A DNA stretch of 64,000 nucleotides from an uncultured bacterium (lineage in GTDB: Bacteria; Patescibacteriota; Microgenomatia; UBA1400; MFAQ01), in assembly GCA_963980225.1 (NCBI GenBank), contig CAXBYW010000002.1, positions 103,582 to 167,581 of the forward strand, written 5' to 3'. Position numbers and translations under genes: made by a program. Within the stretch, counting starts at the first letter, position 1; each line of letters starts with the position of its first letter. The notes beneath the pieces are model-generated. The model was given only the letters and a program-made list of their open reading frames with translations. It had not been told where the DNA came from and did not search any database. Positions 19,259 through 28,567 of the stretch are shown in pieces.

Positions 19259-21249
19259 GAGACTTTTAAGATTTTTCCTTTAATTTGATTCACCTTTGCT
19301 TGCGTTAAGCTTTTTTTGGGATGACTGAAGTGAAGTTTGAACGTGTGTTTGTTGTTATAGCTTTCCTGATATATGACTTTGGTAATTAACGGACTTGTTT
19401 TTTTAATTTTTTCTATCAACTTTCCTATCTTCATGTTAGAGGAAATAGTAATGACTTCTATTACTGGAGGATATTTAGGTAATGGTTGACCAAAGTGGAT
19501 CAGGCTTTCTAGTTTTGAGATCGTGGAAACGCTTAAGTTTGTTACAAAGATAGGGGCTGTCAATTGAAAGTTACTTAAGACTTGAGGAGTTGGTTTACCA
19601 ATTACACCAAGATACTCACTACCAGAGTAAACATGTGCGCTGGAACTAATGTCCCAAGTAAGAGATTCTTCATGGAAATGTTTAAATTTAAGATCTTTTA
19701 TGTTTAGATCCTGAAGAAGTGATTCAACAAACCCCTTGTGTTCTCTGAAAGTTTTTTGATCTGTTGCCATAACAAGAACAGAAGCTTCTTCTGGTAGGTC
19801 TCGCTTTCCCCTAGGTAGGTAGATATTTGAAAGTTCAAAGATGGAGATAGGTTCTTTTTGGTGGGCTTGATTGCCCTTGATGTTTTCTAAGATACTAGGA
19901 ACAAGACTTCGTCTTAAGTATTCTTGGTCACTACTCAAAGGGTTTTCAAGTTTTAAAGCAGGATTTATATCAAGTTTGGTTTTCTTAAATAATTTTTCTG
20001 AGACTAGAGAAGAGTTATATATCTCAGTGAAAGATAAATGCAAGAGCTTATGCTTTAGCCTTTTTTCTGTCTCTAGAATTTTTTCTGATTGAGTGTCTTC
20101 AAGTACGCTAGTGGGTAGGACAGAAGGTAGGCGAAAGTAGCCATAAATTCTAGTAATTTCTTCAGCCAAGTCCTCTTTAATTAAGATATCCTTGCTGCGC
20201 CAGCTAGGTACTTTACAGATAACTTTGTTTGGGGTTGTTTGTTTGACGTTGAAACCTAGATTAGTGAGGATGCTGAAAACTTGTTGTTTTTTTAAGGTTA
20301 TGCCGGTAAATTGATTGAGCCACTTAAGTGAAAGATCGATAGAATGAGCCTTGAAGGTTTCAGGATAGATATCTAGTAAGCTGCTAGATATTACCCCAAA
20401 AGCTCTTTCTTTGATTAAGTTAACCCCTGCTATTAATACGGGTAAAACTAGTTCTATGTTTGGTGATTTCTCGAATATTTGACTAGCTAAGGTTCTTTGT
20501 TGGGTGTATAGTGAGGTTCTTCTAATATGTTTGGGCTCGTAATTTTGGACAAAAAGTAAGACGTTTTTGGTGTTTTTATCTATATGACTTAGTCCCCCAC
20601 CCATGATGCCACAGAGATCAATTAAATTACCTTGCCCATCTTCTATTACGATGTCATCCCCTTTTAGGGTGAGAGTTTTATTATCTAACGTGAGGATTTT
20701 TTCCTTAGGTCTACTTGCCCTAATGATCATGGTTTGGTCCTTTATCTTGTCAAGGTCAAAAACATGGACTGGTTGGCCGTACTTTAAAGCAAGTTCATTA
20801 GAGATATCTATGATGTTGTTTAAAGGTCTAAGTCCAGAACCCTTAAGAATTTTTTGGACGCTTTTAGGAGAAGGCTGGATGACCACATCTTTGAGTGCGA
20901 TGCAGGTAAATCTTGGGACTAGGTCTTTGTTTTTAATAATTAGTTTTATGGGAAGGTTTTTTGGTAGTGGTCCAAGTGATTTTTTATCTAAATCGTAAGG
21001 ATTATTTAAAAGCTTCGCCTTTATATCAAACTGAGGTAGTATGCTGACGGCTTCTCTGGCAATACCAAAGGCGGAGACGGAGTCTATTCTGTTGGTTATT
21101 ATCTCTATGTCGTAGATGGTGTCTCCTTGGGTTTTATGAAGTCTGTCCACTGTTGGTCCACAGAGGCTTAAGGCGTTAGCGATCTTTTTTGGTGTGGCTT
21201 TGGTCTCTAAGAATTCAGATAGAAGTTTGTGGCTTAGTTTGATGTCCAT
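19255..21249 (-). CDS. pheT: phenylalanine--tRNA ligase beta subunit (short form)
   Basis: B3/4 and B5-like regions, follows pheS; 664 aa appears to lack the EMAP-like tRNA-binding domain. Confidence 0.85.
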   Translation of the reverse strand: MDIKLSHKLLSEFLETKATPKKIANALSLCGPTVDRLHKTQGDTIYDIEIITNRIDSVSAFGIAREAVSILPQFDIKAKLLNNPYDLDKKSLGPLPKNLPIKLIIKNKDLVPRFTCIALKDVVIQPSPKSVQKILKGSGLRPLNNIIDISNELALKYGQPVHVFDLDKIKDQTMIIRASRPKEKILTLDNKTLTLKGDDIVIEDGQGNLIDLCGIMGGGLSHIDKNTKNVLLFVQNYEPKHIRRTSLYTQQRTLASQIFEKSPNIELVLPVLIAGVNLIKERAFGVISSSLLDIYPETFKAHSIDLSLKWLNQFTGITLKKQQVFSILTNLGFNVKQTTPNKVICKVPSWRSKDILIKEDLAEEITRIYGYFRLPSVLPTSVLEDTQSEKILETEKRLKHKLLHLSFTEIYNSSLVSEKLFKKTKLDINPALKLENPLSSDQEYLRRSLVPSILENIKGNQAHQKEPISIFELSNIYLPRGKRDLPEEASVLVMATDQKTFREHKGFVESLLQDLNIKDLKFKHFHEESLTWDISSSAHVYSGSEYLGVIGKPTPQVLSNFQLTAPIFVTNLSVSTISKLESLIHFGQPLPKYPPVIEVITISSNMKIGKLIEKIKKTSPLITKVIYQESYNNKHTFKLHFSHPKKSLTQAKVNQIKGKILKVS

Positions 21250-21253
21250 AAGA

Positions 21254-22267
21254 TTAGAACTGGGTTAAAAACCTAAGATCTGTACTGTACAAATCTCTTA
21301 AGTTGCTGCTAACTTGATGTTTCATCATGATGATTCTCTCAACCCCCCAACCAAAGGCGAACCCCGAGTACTTATTAGGATTTAAGCCACCATTTTTTAA
21401 GACTTGAGGATGAACCATTCCAGCTCCACCAAGTTCTAACCAACCCGCTTTACAAACAGGACAGGTTTTATTGTCTTTTTTACCTGATCCTTTGCAAATA
21501 GAACAGTTTATGTCTACCTCAAATGAGGGTTCAGTGAACTGGAAGTGATGAGGTCTTAGACGTATTTCTCTATCGGGGCCAAAGTACTGTCTGACAAAGT
21601 AGTTGCTGATGCCGATTAGATGGGTGATGTTGACTCCCTTGTCTATCATTAGTCCTTCGAACTGGTGAAACATGGGAGAGTGAGTGTTGCTGGCCTGTCT
21701 CCTGTATGTTTTACCTATGTTTATCATTTTGATTGGCGGATTCTTGACCCTTTCCATCTCTCTTAGTTGACCATTAGATGTGTGTGCTGTTAGAACGATG
21801 TTGGGAGTTATATAGAAAGTTTCTTGATCATCTCTGGCTGGGTGATCTTTGGGGATATTTAAGCCTTCAGCATAGTACCAGTCGGTTTCTACCTCTGGAT
21901 ATCTGCGCCTGATGAATCCTAAAGATTTAAATATTTCTTCTACTTCTTCTATGGTTTGGGTTAAAAGATGTAGATGACCCTCTGTTGGTTTTACACCCGG
22001 CATGGTGATGTCTATTTCTTTTTTTGGCTTGACGTTTAATAAGAGAGTTTCAGTTTTTTTTATGCTTTCCTCAGTTTCTTTTTTTAACTGGTTTAGAGCT
22101 TTGCCGTAAGTAGCCTTTTCTTTGGGAGAAAGAGATTGGAAGAGTTTGTTTATTTCTCCTTTACGGCCTAGGTATTTAGTTGAAATCGAATCAAGTTTAG
22201 AAATATTTTTTGTCAAATTTATTTCCGCTAGCAGTTTTTGTTTGGTGTTTTTGATTTTTTGATCCAT
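21254..22267 (-). CDS. pheS: phenylalanine--tRNA ligase alpha subunit
   Basis: class II motifs, FQFTEPS...GAGMVHP...GFAFGWGVER. Confidence 0.9.
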   Translation of the reverse strand: MDQKIKNTKQKLLAEINLTKNISKLDSISTKYLGRKGEINKLFQSLSPKEKATYGKALNQLKKETEESIKKTETLLLNVKPKKEIDITMPGVKPTEGHLHLLTQTIEEVEEIFKSLGFIRRRYPEVETDWYYAEGLNIPKDHPARDDQETFYITPNIVLTAHTSNGQLREMERVKNPPIKMINIGKTYRRQASNTHSPMFHQFEGLMIDKGVNITHLIGISNYFVRQYFGPDREIRLRPHHFQFTEPSFEVDINCSICKGSGKKDNKTCPVCKAGWLELGGAGMVHPQVLKNGGLNPNKYSGFAFGWGVERIIMMKHQVSSNLRDLYSTDLRFLTQF

Positions 22268-22326
22268 GTTGGTACAACAATTTTAGCAGAAACTAATCTT
22301 TTTATAGATAGGTTTCCTTAAAAAAG

Positions 22327-22677
22327 TTATTTGCAAAAGTCTAGGACGGCCTTGAAAGCCTGAGGATTATGAATAGATAACTCAGAGAGTGATTTTCTAT
22401 TTAGTTTAATTTTCTTTAAATTTAGAAGATTAATGAATTTTGAGTATGATGGAGCTTCCGGATACTGTTTCAAGCTAGCACTAATTCTTTGGATCCAGAG
22501 GCGACGTAACTGTCTCTTTCTTTCTTTTCTTCCTTTGAATGCATACTCACCAGCGTGTAGAACGGCTTCATGGGCAACCTTATAAAGGCGCCTTTTGGTC
22601 ATTCTATAACCCTTGGCAAGTTTTAAAACTTTTTTGTGGGCTCTTTTTCTGGTTGGTCCTGTTTTTATTCTTGGCAT
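22327..22677 (-). CDS. rplT: 50S ribosomal protein L20
   Basis: MPRIKTGPTRKRAHKKVLKLAKGY. Confidence 0.9.
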   Translation of the reverse strand: MPRIKTGPTRKRAHKKVLKLAKGYRMTKRRLYKVAHEAVLHAGEYAFKGRKERKRQLRRLWIQRISASLKQYPEAPSYSKFINLLNLKKIKLNRKSLSELSIHNPQAFKAVLDFCK

Positions 22678-22679
22678 GG

Positions 22680-22883
22680 TTAGTTGTGTAACATGGCTTT
22701 AATTTTTTTGGCCATTACTCCTGTAACTTCGATATATTTTCTATATCTTCTTAGTTGTTTCTTTGATTTTTTACGGCGAAGATGTCTCATGTTCGGGGTA
22801 CGTCTTAAGACCTTACCGGTTGAGGTGATCTTGAAGCGCTTGGCTACAATTTTTCTGGTTTTATGTTTAACTTTATTAGACAT
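22680..22883 (-). CDS. rpmI: 50S ribosomal protein L35
   Basis: 67-aa basic protein between infC and rplT. Confidence 0.85.
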   Translation of the reverse strand: MSNKVKHKTRKIVAKRFKITSTGKVLRRTPNMRHLRRKKSKKQLRRYRKYIEVTGVMAKKIKAMLHN

Positions 22884-23389
22884 TATTTTTTAGGTTTAAT
22901 TTGAGCAATTAAAAGCTTACCAACTAGCTTGGGAGGTTGGTCCACCTCGGCTACATCTTCTAGCTTTGAAATTGCGTATTGCATTACACGATCACCAAAA
23001 TCTTTCTTGGTTATTTGTCTGCCGGTGAATTTTACCACTAACTTAACTCGATCTCCACCCCCTAAGAATTTTGTGGCCTTTTTGATTCTAGTATTTAGGT
23101 CGTTTTCAGCCATGAAAGGAGAAAATCTTACCTCTTTGGTGTCTTGGTTGGATTTACCCTGACCAGACTTATTTTTTTTAGATTCTAGATACTTGAACTT
23201 ACTAAAAGCGATGATCTTGACTATTGGTGGCTTGGCTTTGTCAGATATCTCTACAAGATCAAGATTTTGCTCTTTTGCTAGCGAAAAAGCTTTCTCTGCA
23301 GACATAATACCCACCTGTTCGCCGGTTTCACTAATAACCCTGACCTCTGGGTGTCTAATATATTGATTGGTACGGTGGAATTTTCTCAA
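22883..23389 (-). CDS. infC: translation initiation factor IF-3
   Basis: EVRVISETGEQVGIMS, conserved thrS-infC-rpmI-rplT order. Confidence 0.9.
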   Translation of the reverse strand: MRKFHRTNQYIRHPEVRVISETGEQVGIMSAEKAFSLAKEQNLDLVEISDKAKPPIVKIIAFSKFKYLESKKNKSGQGKSNQDTKEVRFSPFMAENDLNTRIKKATKFLGGGDRVKLVVKFTGRQITKKDFGDRVMQYAISKLEDVAEVDQPPKLVGKLLIAQIKPKK

Positions 23390-23400
23390 AGTTACTTAGG

Positions 23401-24669
23401 TTAAAAAATTAATTTGTTTGTTATTTCTTCTTGTATTTTAGCAGAAAATGAGGCTAATTTCATCTGTCCTAGATCTTTTTCCCCTCTTTGGCGAACGGAG
23501 ACTAGATCTTGGTCGATTTCTTTCTGTCCTAGGATGAGCATGTAAGGTGTCTTTTGGCTTTCTGCATTCCTGATTTTCTTACCCAAAGATTCGCTGGTGG
23601 TATCTAGTTCTGCCCTTATCCCCTGGTCGAGCAAGTTCTTTTTTATTTTTTCTGCTTCGCTTAAGAATTTGTCTGAGATAGGCAGGATACTAACCTGAAC
23701 TGGTGCTAGCCAGACGGGGAATGCTCCAGCGTAGTGTTCTATTAGGAAGGCAATAATTCTCTCTACGGCTCCGATGGAAGAACGGTGGATGACGACTGCT
23801 TTTTGCTTTTTACCTTCTTTGTTGATGTAGTTTAGCTTGAACCTATCTGGCATACAGAAGTCGTACTGAACGGTAAACGCGGTGTCTTCCTTGCCGTGAA
23901 TGTTGGTCATCTGGACATCGATCTTTGGGCCGTAAAAGGCGGCTTCGTTTTCGGCTTCTACAAATTTAGAGCCACGTTCTTCTAGTACTTCTCTTAGGAT
24001 TTGCTCTGATCTGTCCCAGGCTTTTGGATTGTCGTAGTACTTCTCCTTATCAGCTCTGTCACCTAATGAGAGACGGTAAGAGTAGTTTTTGCCCAACTTG
24101 AGACCGAAGGTGTCGGCGAGATGTTCTATTAGATCAAGTGCTAGGGCGACCTCTGACTTAGCTTGTTCATCGTCAGCACATATGATGTGGGCATCTGCTA
24201 GACAAAAAGAGCGGACACGAATTAGGCCGGTTAGTACACCTGATAGTTCATATCGATAGAGCTTAGCCATCTCAGCTATACGAAGTGGTAGTTCACGGTA
24301 ACTGTGAGGTCGTCTTAAGAAGAGTTCGAAGTGATGAGGACAGGTCATGGGACGAAGCATGTATTTCTCGTCATCTATCTTGATTGGAGCGTACATGGAG
24401 TCTTTGTAGTAAGGATAGTGACCGGATTTTTTGTAAAGGTCAAGTTTAGCGATGTCTGGAGTGTAGACGTGTTGGTAACCCCAGTTAATTTCTTCGTCGA
24501 CTATGAAGCGTTCTAGTTCACGGCGAACCACAGCTCCTTTGGCGGTCCATAAAGGTAGTCCTTTACCTATTGTGTCTGAGAATGTGAATAGGTCAAGTTT
24601 CTGGCCCAGTGAGCGATGGTCTTTTGGATCAAGAGTTTCTAGTTCGTTTGTTTTGTCTGGTTTGTTCAT
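23401..24669 (-). CDS. thrS: threonine--tRNA ligase, catalytic plus anticodon-binding domains only
   Basis: class II core RPMTCPHHFELF; 422 aa, no TGS or editing domains. Confidence 0.85.
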   Translation of the reverse strand: MNKPDKTNELETLDPKDHRSLGQKLDLFTFSDTIGKGLPLWTAKGAVVRRELERFIVDEEINWGYQHVYTPDIAKLDLYKKSGHYPYYKDSMYAPIKIDDEKYMLRPMTCPHHFELFLRRPHSYRELPLRIAEMAKLYRYELSGVLTGLIRVRSFCLADAHIICADDEQAKSEVALALDLIEHLADTFGLKLGKNYSYRLSLGDRADKEKYYDNPKAWDRSEQILREVLEERGSKFVEAENEAAFYGPKIDVQMTNIHGKEDTAFTVQYDFCMPDRFKLNYINKEGKKQKAVVIHRSSIGAVERIIAFLIEHYAGAFPVWLAPVQVSILPISDKFLSEAEKIKKNLLDQGIRAELDTTSESLGKKIRNAESQKTPYMLILGQKEIDQDLVSVRQRGEKDLGQMKLASFSAKIQEEITNKLIF

Positions 24670-24676
24670 CTTGAGC

Positions 24677-24895
24677 TTATTTTAAACCAGAATTGAGGTA
24701 ATGAGTGGTGTTTTCAATTATCTGGCCGAAGAACTTACCGATTAAAGGTAGGCCTCCAAGCAAGTTGAGGACGTAGGTTAGAAGGGTAATGAGTAAAGCA
24801 AAGCCAATACTGGCGCCTAAAGCCCAGCCGATTCCTCCAACAAATGAGGTTGAAAAAGCTTTTTTATGACTGAATTTTTTTATTTCTTTTTTCAT
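24677..24895 (-). CDS. small membrane protein
   Basis: 72 aa, two hydrophobic segments. Confidence 0.4.
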   Translation of the reverse strand: MKKEIKKFSHKKAFSTSFVGGIGWALGASIGFALLITLLTYVLNLLGGLPLIGKFFGQIIENTTHYLNSGLK

Positions 24896-24922
24896 AACTT
24901 TTAGTATACAGAAAAGTTAGGG

Positions 24923-24996
24923 TGAGTCCGACTGGACTTGAACCAGTGACCTCTTCGATGTCAACGAAGCGCTCTAGCCAGCTGAGCTACGGACTC
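24923..24996 (-). tRNA. tRNA-Val (GAC)
   Basis: cloverleaf on minus strand, acceptor gagtccg/cggactc, anticodon loop ttGACat. Confidence 0.85.
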
Positions 24997-25030
24997 GTGT
25001 GTCTAATATTTTACAACAGTTGAGATGTCT

Positions 25031-25582
25031 TTAGCCAATAGATGTGGCTACTTGTCTTTCGCCGCTCGAAGTAAAGGAACTGCCTTTTTTCTTGGCCATA
25101 CCCCAGTAGTGACCTTTTTTCTTGGATCTTTGGTTGTAAAGAGTTAGCCAAGAGTTGGCCTCTACAATATCTTTTTTAAGAAGCTCAATAACTATTTTGA
25201 TGTGTTCGAAAAAACTGATGTGATAGGAGCCTGGTTCTGGGCTTTCTGTGGAAACAGCTTGGGCGACATTTTGTTCGAACGCAACTACTTGTTTGACCAA
25301 GATTTTAAGTTGTTCTTGTATCTGCCCTATTCTTTTTTCTACTTGTTTTTGCTTGGCAGAGTAGACACCAGCCCATTCTTTGTTTCTAGCCTGGTGGAAC
25401 TGCTCTACTCTCTTTTTTTCTAGTTCTTTGGATCTGCCCATTTCGGAAAATGAGAGAGGAGAAGGAGTTTTTAGAGAGTCGGGACTTTGGGGACCACGAG
25501 TTTGCTGTCTTTGTTTTAAGGCTTCAATGAAACTACTTAATTTGGGAGATGAGTTGCTAGTATTTGATGATCCTGGATTCAT
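25031..25582 (-). CDS. hypothetical coiled-coil protein
   Basis: 183-aa ORF, no motif recognised. Confidence 0.45.
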   Translation of the reverse strand: MNPGSSNTSNSSPKLSSFIEALKQRQQTRGPQSPDSLKTPSPLSFSEMGRSKELEKKRVEQFHQARNKEWAGVYSAKQKQVEKRIGQIQEQLKILVKQVVAFEQNVAQAVSTESPEPGSYHISFFEHIKIVIELLKKDIVEANSWLTLYNQRSKKKGHYWGMAKKKGSSFTSSGERQVATSIG

Positions 25583-25595
25583 GAAACCTATAATA

Positions 25596-26390
25596 TCATA
25601 AAGTTAGTAATAGATCAAGGGTTTTCCTGCGAATGATGATTGGAGCCAGAGAACTGTGTTTTTCTGCTGGTGTGTTGCTAACCTTAGCGAATTCTTCAAT
25701 TTCTTTTGCAGTAACGTCAATTTTAAGGTCCTGAGCTATTTTTGACAAGATTAAGTCAACTTTAATACTTTCCTCTGCTTTTTGAGTGTATTCTTCTTTG
25801 ATTTGTTCTGCGGTCTTGTTTACTGACTTAAGATAGGTCTTTAGGTCAAGATTTAAGGACTCTGTTTGGGCAACCAGTCTTGATAAGCTGTGGTTTACTT
25901 CTCTCTCTATTAAAACGGCTGGTACGATGAAGCTAGTTTTTTTGATTAAAGCGTCTAGTATGGCCGAAAACTTTTGATCTTTGGTCTTGTCTTTGGTTTT
26001 TTCAAGTATGGTGTGAGCGGTCTTTTTGTACTCCCCTAGCTTGATCTCAGGGTTCAAGGGTAAGCTGAGAGTAAATTCCCAAGTAGTTTTTTTGTCTACG
26101 TCAGCTTTGTCGAGTTGAGGAAGACCAAGAAGTGTAAATTTCTTTTCTTTAATCAGTTGAAGAATACCAGACTCTAGAAGAGAGTTAACAGCTTCTTGTT
26201 TTAGTTTTTCTTCCCCTATTTCTTTTTTGGCTACTTCTATTGGAACAGTACCTTTTCTAAAACCTTTAACAGAGATGTCTTTCTTTAGTTTATCTAAAGC
26301 TTGTTTTTTGGCTGAAGAGATTTCTTTTGAGGTAGCCGTAAGCAGTACTTTAGCTGTGTTGTCTTTGGTTCCTAGATGTTTGATCGTCAT
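25596..26390 (-). CDS. tig: trigger factor-like chaperone (short)
   Basis: N-terminal ribosome-binding signature GFRKGTVP; only 264 aa, no obvious PPIase domain. Confidence 0.6.
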   Translation of the reverse strand: MTIKHLGTKDNTAKVLLTATSKEISSAKKQALDKLKKDISVKGFRKGTVPIEVAKKEIGEEKLKQEAVNSLLESGILQLIKEKKFTLLGLPQLDKADVDKKTTWEFTLSLPLNPEIKLGEYKKTAHTILEKTKDKTKDQKFSAILDALIKKTSFIVPAVLIEREVNHSLSRLVAQTESLNLDLKTYLKSVNKTAEQIKEEYTQKAEESIKVDLILSKIAQDLKIDVTAKEIEEFAKVSNTPAEKHSSLAPIIIRRKTLDLLLTL

Positions 26391-26413
26391 ATTTTTTAGA
26401 TTTTACCAGATTG

Positions 26414-26497
<84 letters not shown>

Positions 26498-26532
26498 AGT
26501 GTCTGTATTTTAACCCATTTAGGTTGTTTTCT

Positions 26533-27120
26533 CTATTCTAAGTCGTTGAAAAACTGTAAGACTCCTTTGGCCCAAGAACCTTCGGATGGTGGAGTGTAGG
26601 TTTGCATGACTTGGTGTGGGTCTTTGTCGTGCAAGCCTTTAAGAAATATCCTTTTAAACTGAGGGGCGATTTTGATGATGGCTTGGTCGTAACTTTCGAA
26701 CCTAGTGACTTTGTCACCATATATCCCCCATCCCCAGCAGTTGTAGGATTCGTAAGGGATTTTTTTACAAAGATTAGATTCTTGTTGGGCAATGGCTACC
26801 ATCCAACGATAGTCGAAGTCGTGCTTGTCTGCTACTTGCACCAAAAGATCTGCATAAGGTATCAATGGAGAGTTATATCTTTCGAGGTATTGCCTGATGA
26901 TCTCTGCACGAGCGTCTGCAGTCTTGACGGATGTTTGGATTTGAGAAGCTTGAGCTGGAAGTGAGGCAAAGACGAGAGAGTAGTCCGAAGGGTCTCCAAA
27001 GTTTATGTTGGTATACGCTCCCATGACTTTATCTTGGGAAGATAGGTTGTTGTTTATGGCAATTGCGACTTTGATGTTTAACAAGAAGAGCAAGCTGAGG
27101 ATGATGGTTTTTTTAGTCAT
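26533..27120 (-). CDS. secreted protein, possible lysozyme-like hydrolase
   Basis: signal peptide MTKKTIILSLLFLLNIKVAIA; AIAQQESN motif weakly resembles a lytic-transglycosylase catalytic Glu region. Confidence 0.5.
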   Translation of the reverse strand: MTKKTIILSLLFLLNIKVAIAINNNLSSQDKVMGAYTNINFGDPSDYSLVFASLPAQASQIQTSVKTADARAEIIRQYLERYNSPLIPYADLLVQVADKHDFDYRWMVAIAQQESNLCKKIPYESYNCWGWGIYGDKVTRFESYDQAIIKIAPQFKRIFLKGLHDKDPHQVMQTYTPPSEGSWAKGVLQFFNDLE

Positions 27121-27174
27121 GAGCAGTATGTAATATCACCATCTAATATATCAGTTTTAGATAAAAAAGAAATG

Positions 27175-27248
<74 letters not shown>

Positions 27249-27253
27249 TAATG

Positions 27254-27326
27254 TCGGGACGACTGGGCTCGAACCAGCGACCTCTGCGTCCCAAACGCAG
27301 CGCTCTAGCCATCTGAGCTACGTCCC
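27254..27326 (-). tRNA. tRNA-Pro (TGG)
   Basis: cgggacgtagctcagatggctagagc, anticodon loop ttTGGga. Confidence 0.85.
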
Positions 27327-27382
27327 GATGTTTTATATTTTACCAGACTTGAGGCAAAATATTTGGTAGAATAGGCTTGTAT

Positions 27383-27459
27383 GGTGGATGTAGCTCAGTT
27401 GGTTAGAGCGCCTCTCTGTGGCAGAGGAGGTCGGGGGTTCGAATCCCCTCATCCACCCA
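27383..27459 (+). tRNA. tRNA-His (GTG) with G-1
   Basis: ggtggatgtagctcagttggttagagc, anticodon loop ctGTGgc, extra 5' G. Confidence 0.85.
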
Positions 27460-27502
27460 AAGTAGTGATATAGATTGATATACCGTGATATACCGTGATA
27501 TA
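27459..27502 (+). repeat. direct repeat A copy 1 (tRNA-His 3' flank, with internal tandem ccgtgatata)
   Basis: aaagtagtgatatagattgatataccgtgatataccgtgatata; near-identical copy at 28442. Confidence 0.7.
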
Positions 27503-27571
27503 TTCTATTTTATTTCTCTTCTATCAGTTCACTCGAACTTTAAATCTCTTTTCCCAGGTTTTCTAGTTCAC

Positions 27572-28237
27572 TTATTTAAGCTTACTTTCCCACTCATTAA
27601 AAAAATCTTCTAGAAAATCCTCCATAATTTTATGTCTTTTATTAGCTAGATCAATTCCCGTCTTTGTGTTCATGTTTTCCCTCAACTTAAGAAGTTTTTC
27701 ATAAAAATGGGCAATTGTAGAGGTTCTGTGATTTGGGTCATCAATAAAATCCTTATCATATTCAAGATTTTCGCCTGGATTATATAAAGATAGGCCGTGG
27801 GAACCTCCAAATGCAAATGTTCTAGCAATTCCAATAGCTCCAATTGCATCAAGGTTATCTGCATCTTGAACTATTTTTAATTCTAAAGTCTTGTCTCCAA
27901 TTTTATTAGTCCAGTCATAAATATCGTGTAATTCAACTACTTTAATAATAGGAACAATCTTTGAACTTGAAATCTTAGATTTTTTCAGCACCTCTCTAAT
28001 AATTTCCAGGGCTTCTGGTCCAAAATGAGATTTTCCTGTTTTTTTCTCCCACGGTCTACAGATATCGTGCACTAATGATGCCGCCCCAACCACTACACCA
28101 TCTCCACCTTCTTTTTTTACTAGATACTTAGAAACATTAAAAACCCGCTCAGCATGATAATAATCATGTCCACTAGACTCACTTTCCAAGAATTTCTTAA
28201 CCCTCTTTGATAGCTCGCTAAATTTACTCTCAATCAT
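27572..28237 (-). CDS. HD-domain phosphohydrolase
   Basis: H..HDYYHAERV, LVHDI, QDADNLDA metal-binding motifs. Confidence 0.8.
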   Translation of the reverse strand: MIESKFSELSKRVKKFLESESSGHDYYHAERVFNVSKYLVKKEGGDGVVVGAASLVHDICRPWEKKTGKSHFGPEALEIIREVLKKSKISSSKIVPIIKVVELHDIYDWTNKIGDKTLELKIVQDADNLDAIGAIGIARTFAFGGSHGLSLYNPGENLEYDKDFIDDPNHRTSTIAHFYEKLLKLRENMNTKTGIDLANKRHKIMEDFLEDFFNEWESKLK

Positions 28238-28383
28238 ATTCTGAATTATATACCAAGCAAAAAAGGTTCGTGTTACCTCTAGAGTTGTTTTTGAAGAGTC
28301 CGATCTATGCTCGCCTGTTAAGCCCTTAGATCCTATTCTGCATTTTAAAAGACATATTCTTTCTTGAGACCTTTCAAGGCTAC

Positions 28384-28441
28384 GTGTCTGCCTAGATAGT
28401 TAGTATAGTAATTAGTCCGAACATCGTTGCATAAGGGACCC
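28384..28441 (+). repeat. cassette-junction repeat R copy 1
   Basis: gtgtctgcctagatagttagtatagtaattagtccgaacatcgttgcataagggaccc; four direct copies at 28.4-31.2 kb. Confidence 0.7.
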
Positions 28442-28475
28442 AAAGTAATGATATAGATTGATATATCGTGATATA
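28442..28475 (+). repeat. direct repeat A copy 2
   Basis: aaagtaatgatatagattgatatatcgtgatata matches tRNA-His flank. Confidence 0.7.
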
Positions 28476-28507
28476 TTTTATTTAACCCCCTTTCATCAGC
28501 ATTTTTT

Positions 28508-28555
28508 ATGCATATTCTGACCACTCCCCTGTCACGGAAGAGATTGTGCGTAATT
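28508..28555 (+). repeat. intergenic repeat family 2, copy a
   Basis: catattctgaccactcccctgtcacggaagagattgtg; similar copy at 29786. Confidence 0.5.
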
Positions 28556-28567
28556 AAGAGTGTCTCC

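Noticed and set aside
21254-22267. CxxC...CxxC insertion in PheS (NCSICKGSGKKDNKTCPVCKAG) as a novelty
   Set aside because: A zinc knuckle at this position is common in bacterial PheS (for example Bacillus).
28384-28441. R element as a duplicated tRNA 3' half
   Set aside because: It occupies the position of the tRNA-His 3' end relative to repeat A, but has no T-loop (GGTTCGAAT) or acceptor complementarity to any tRNA in the window.
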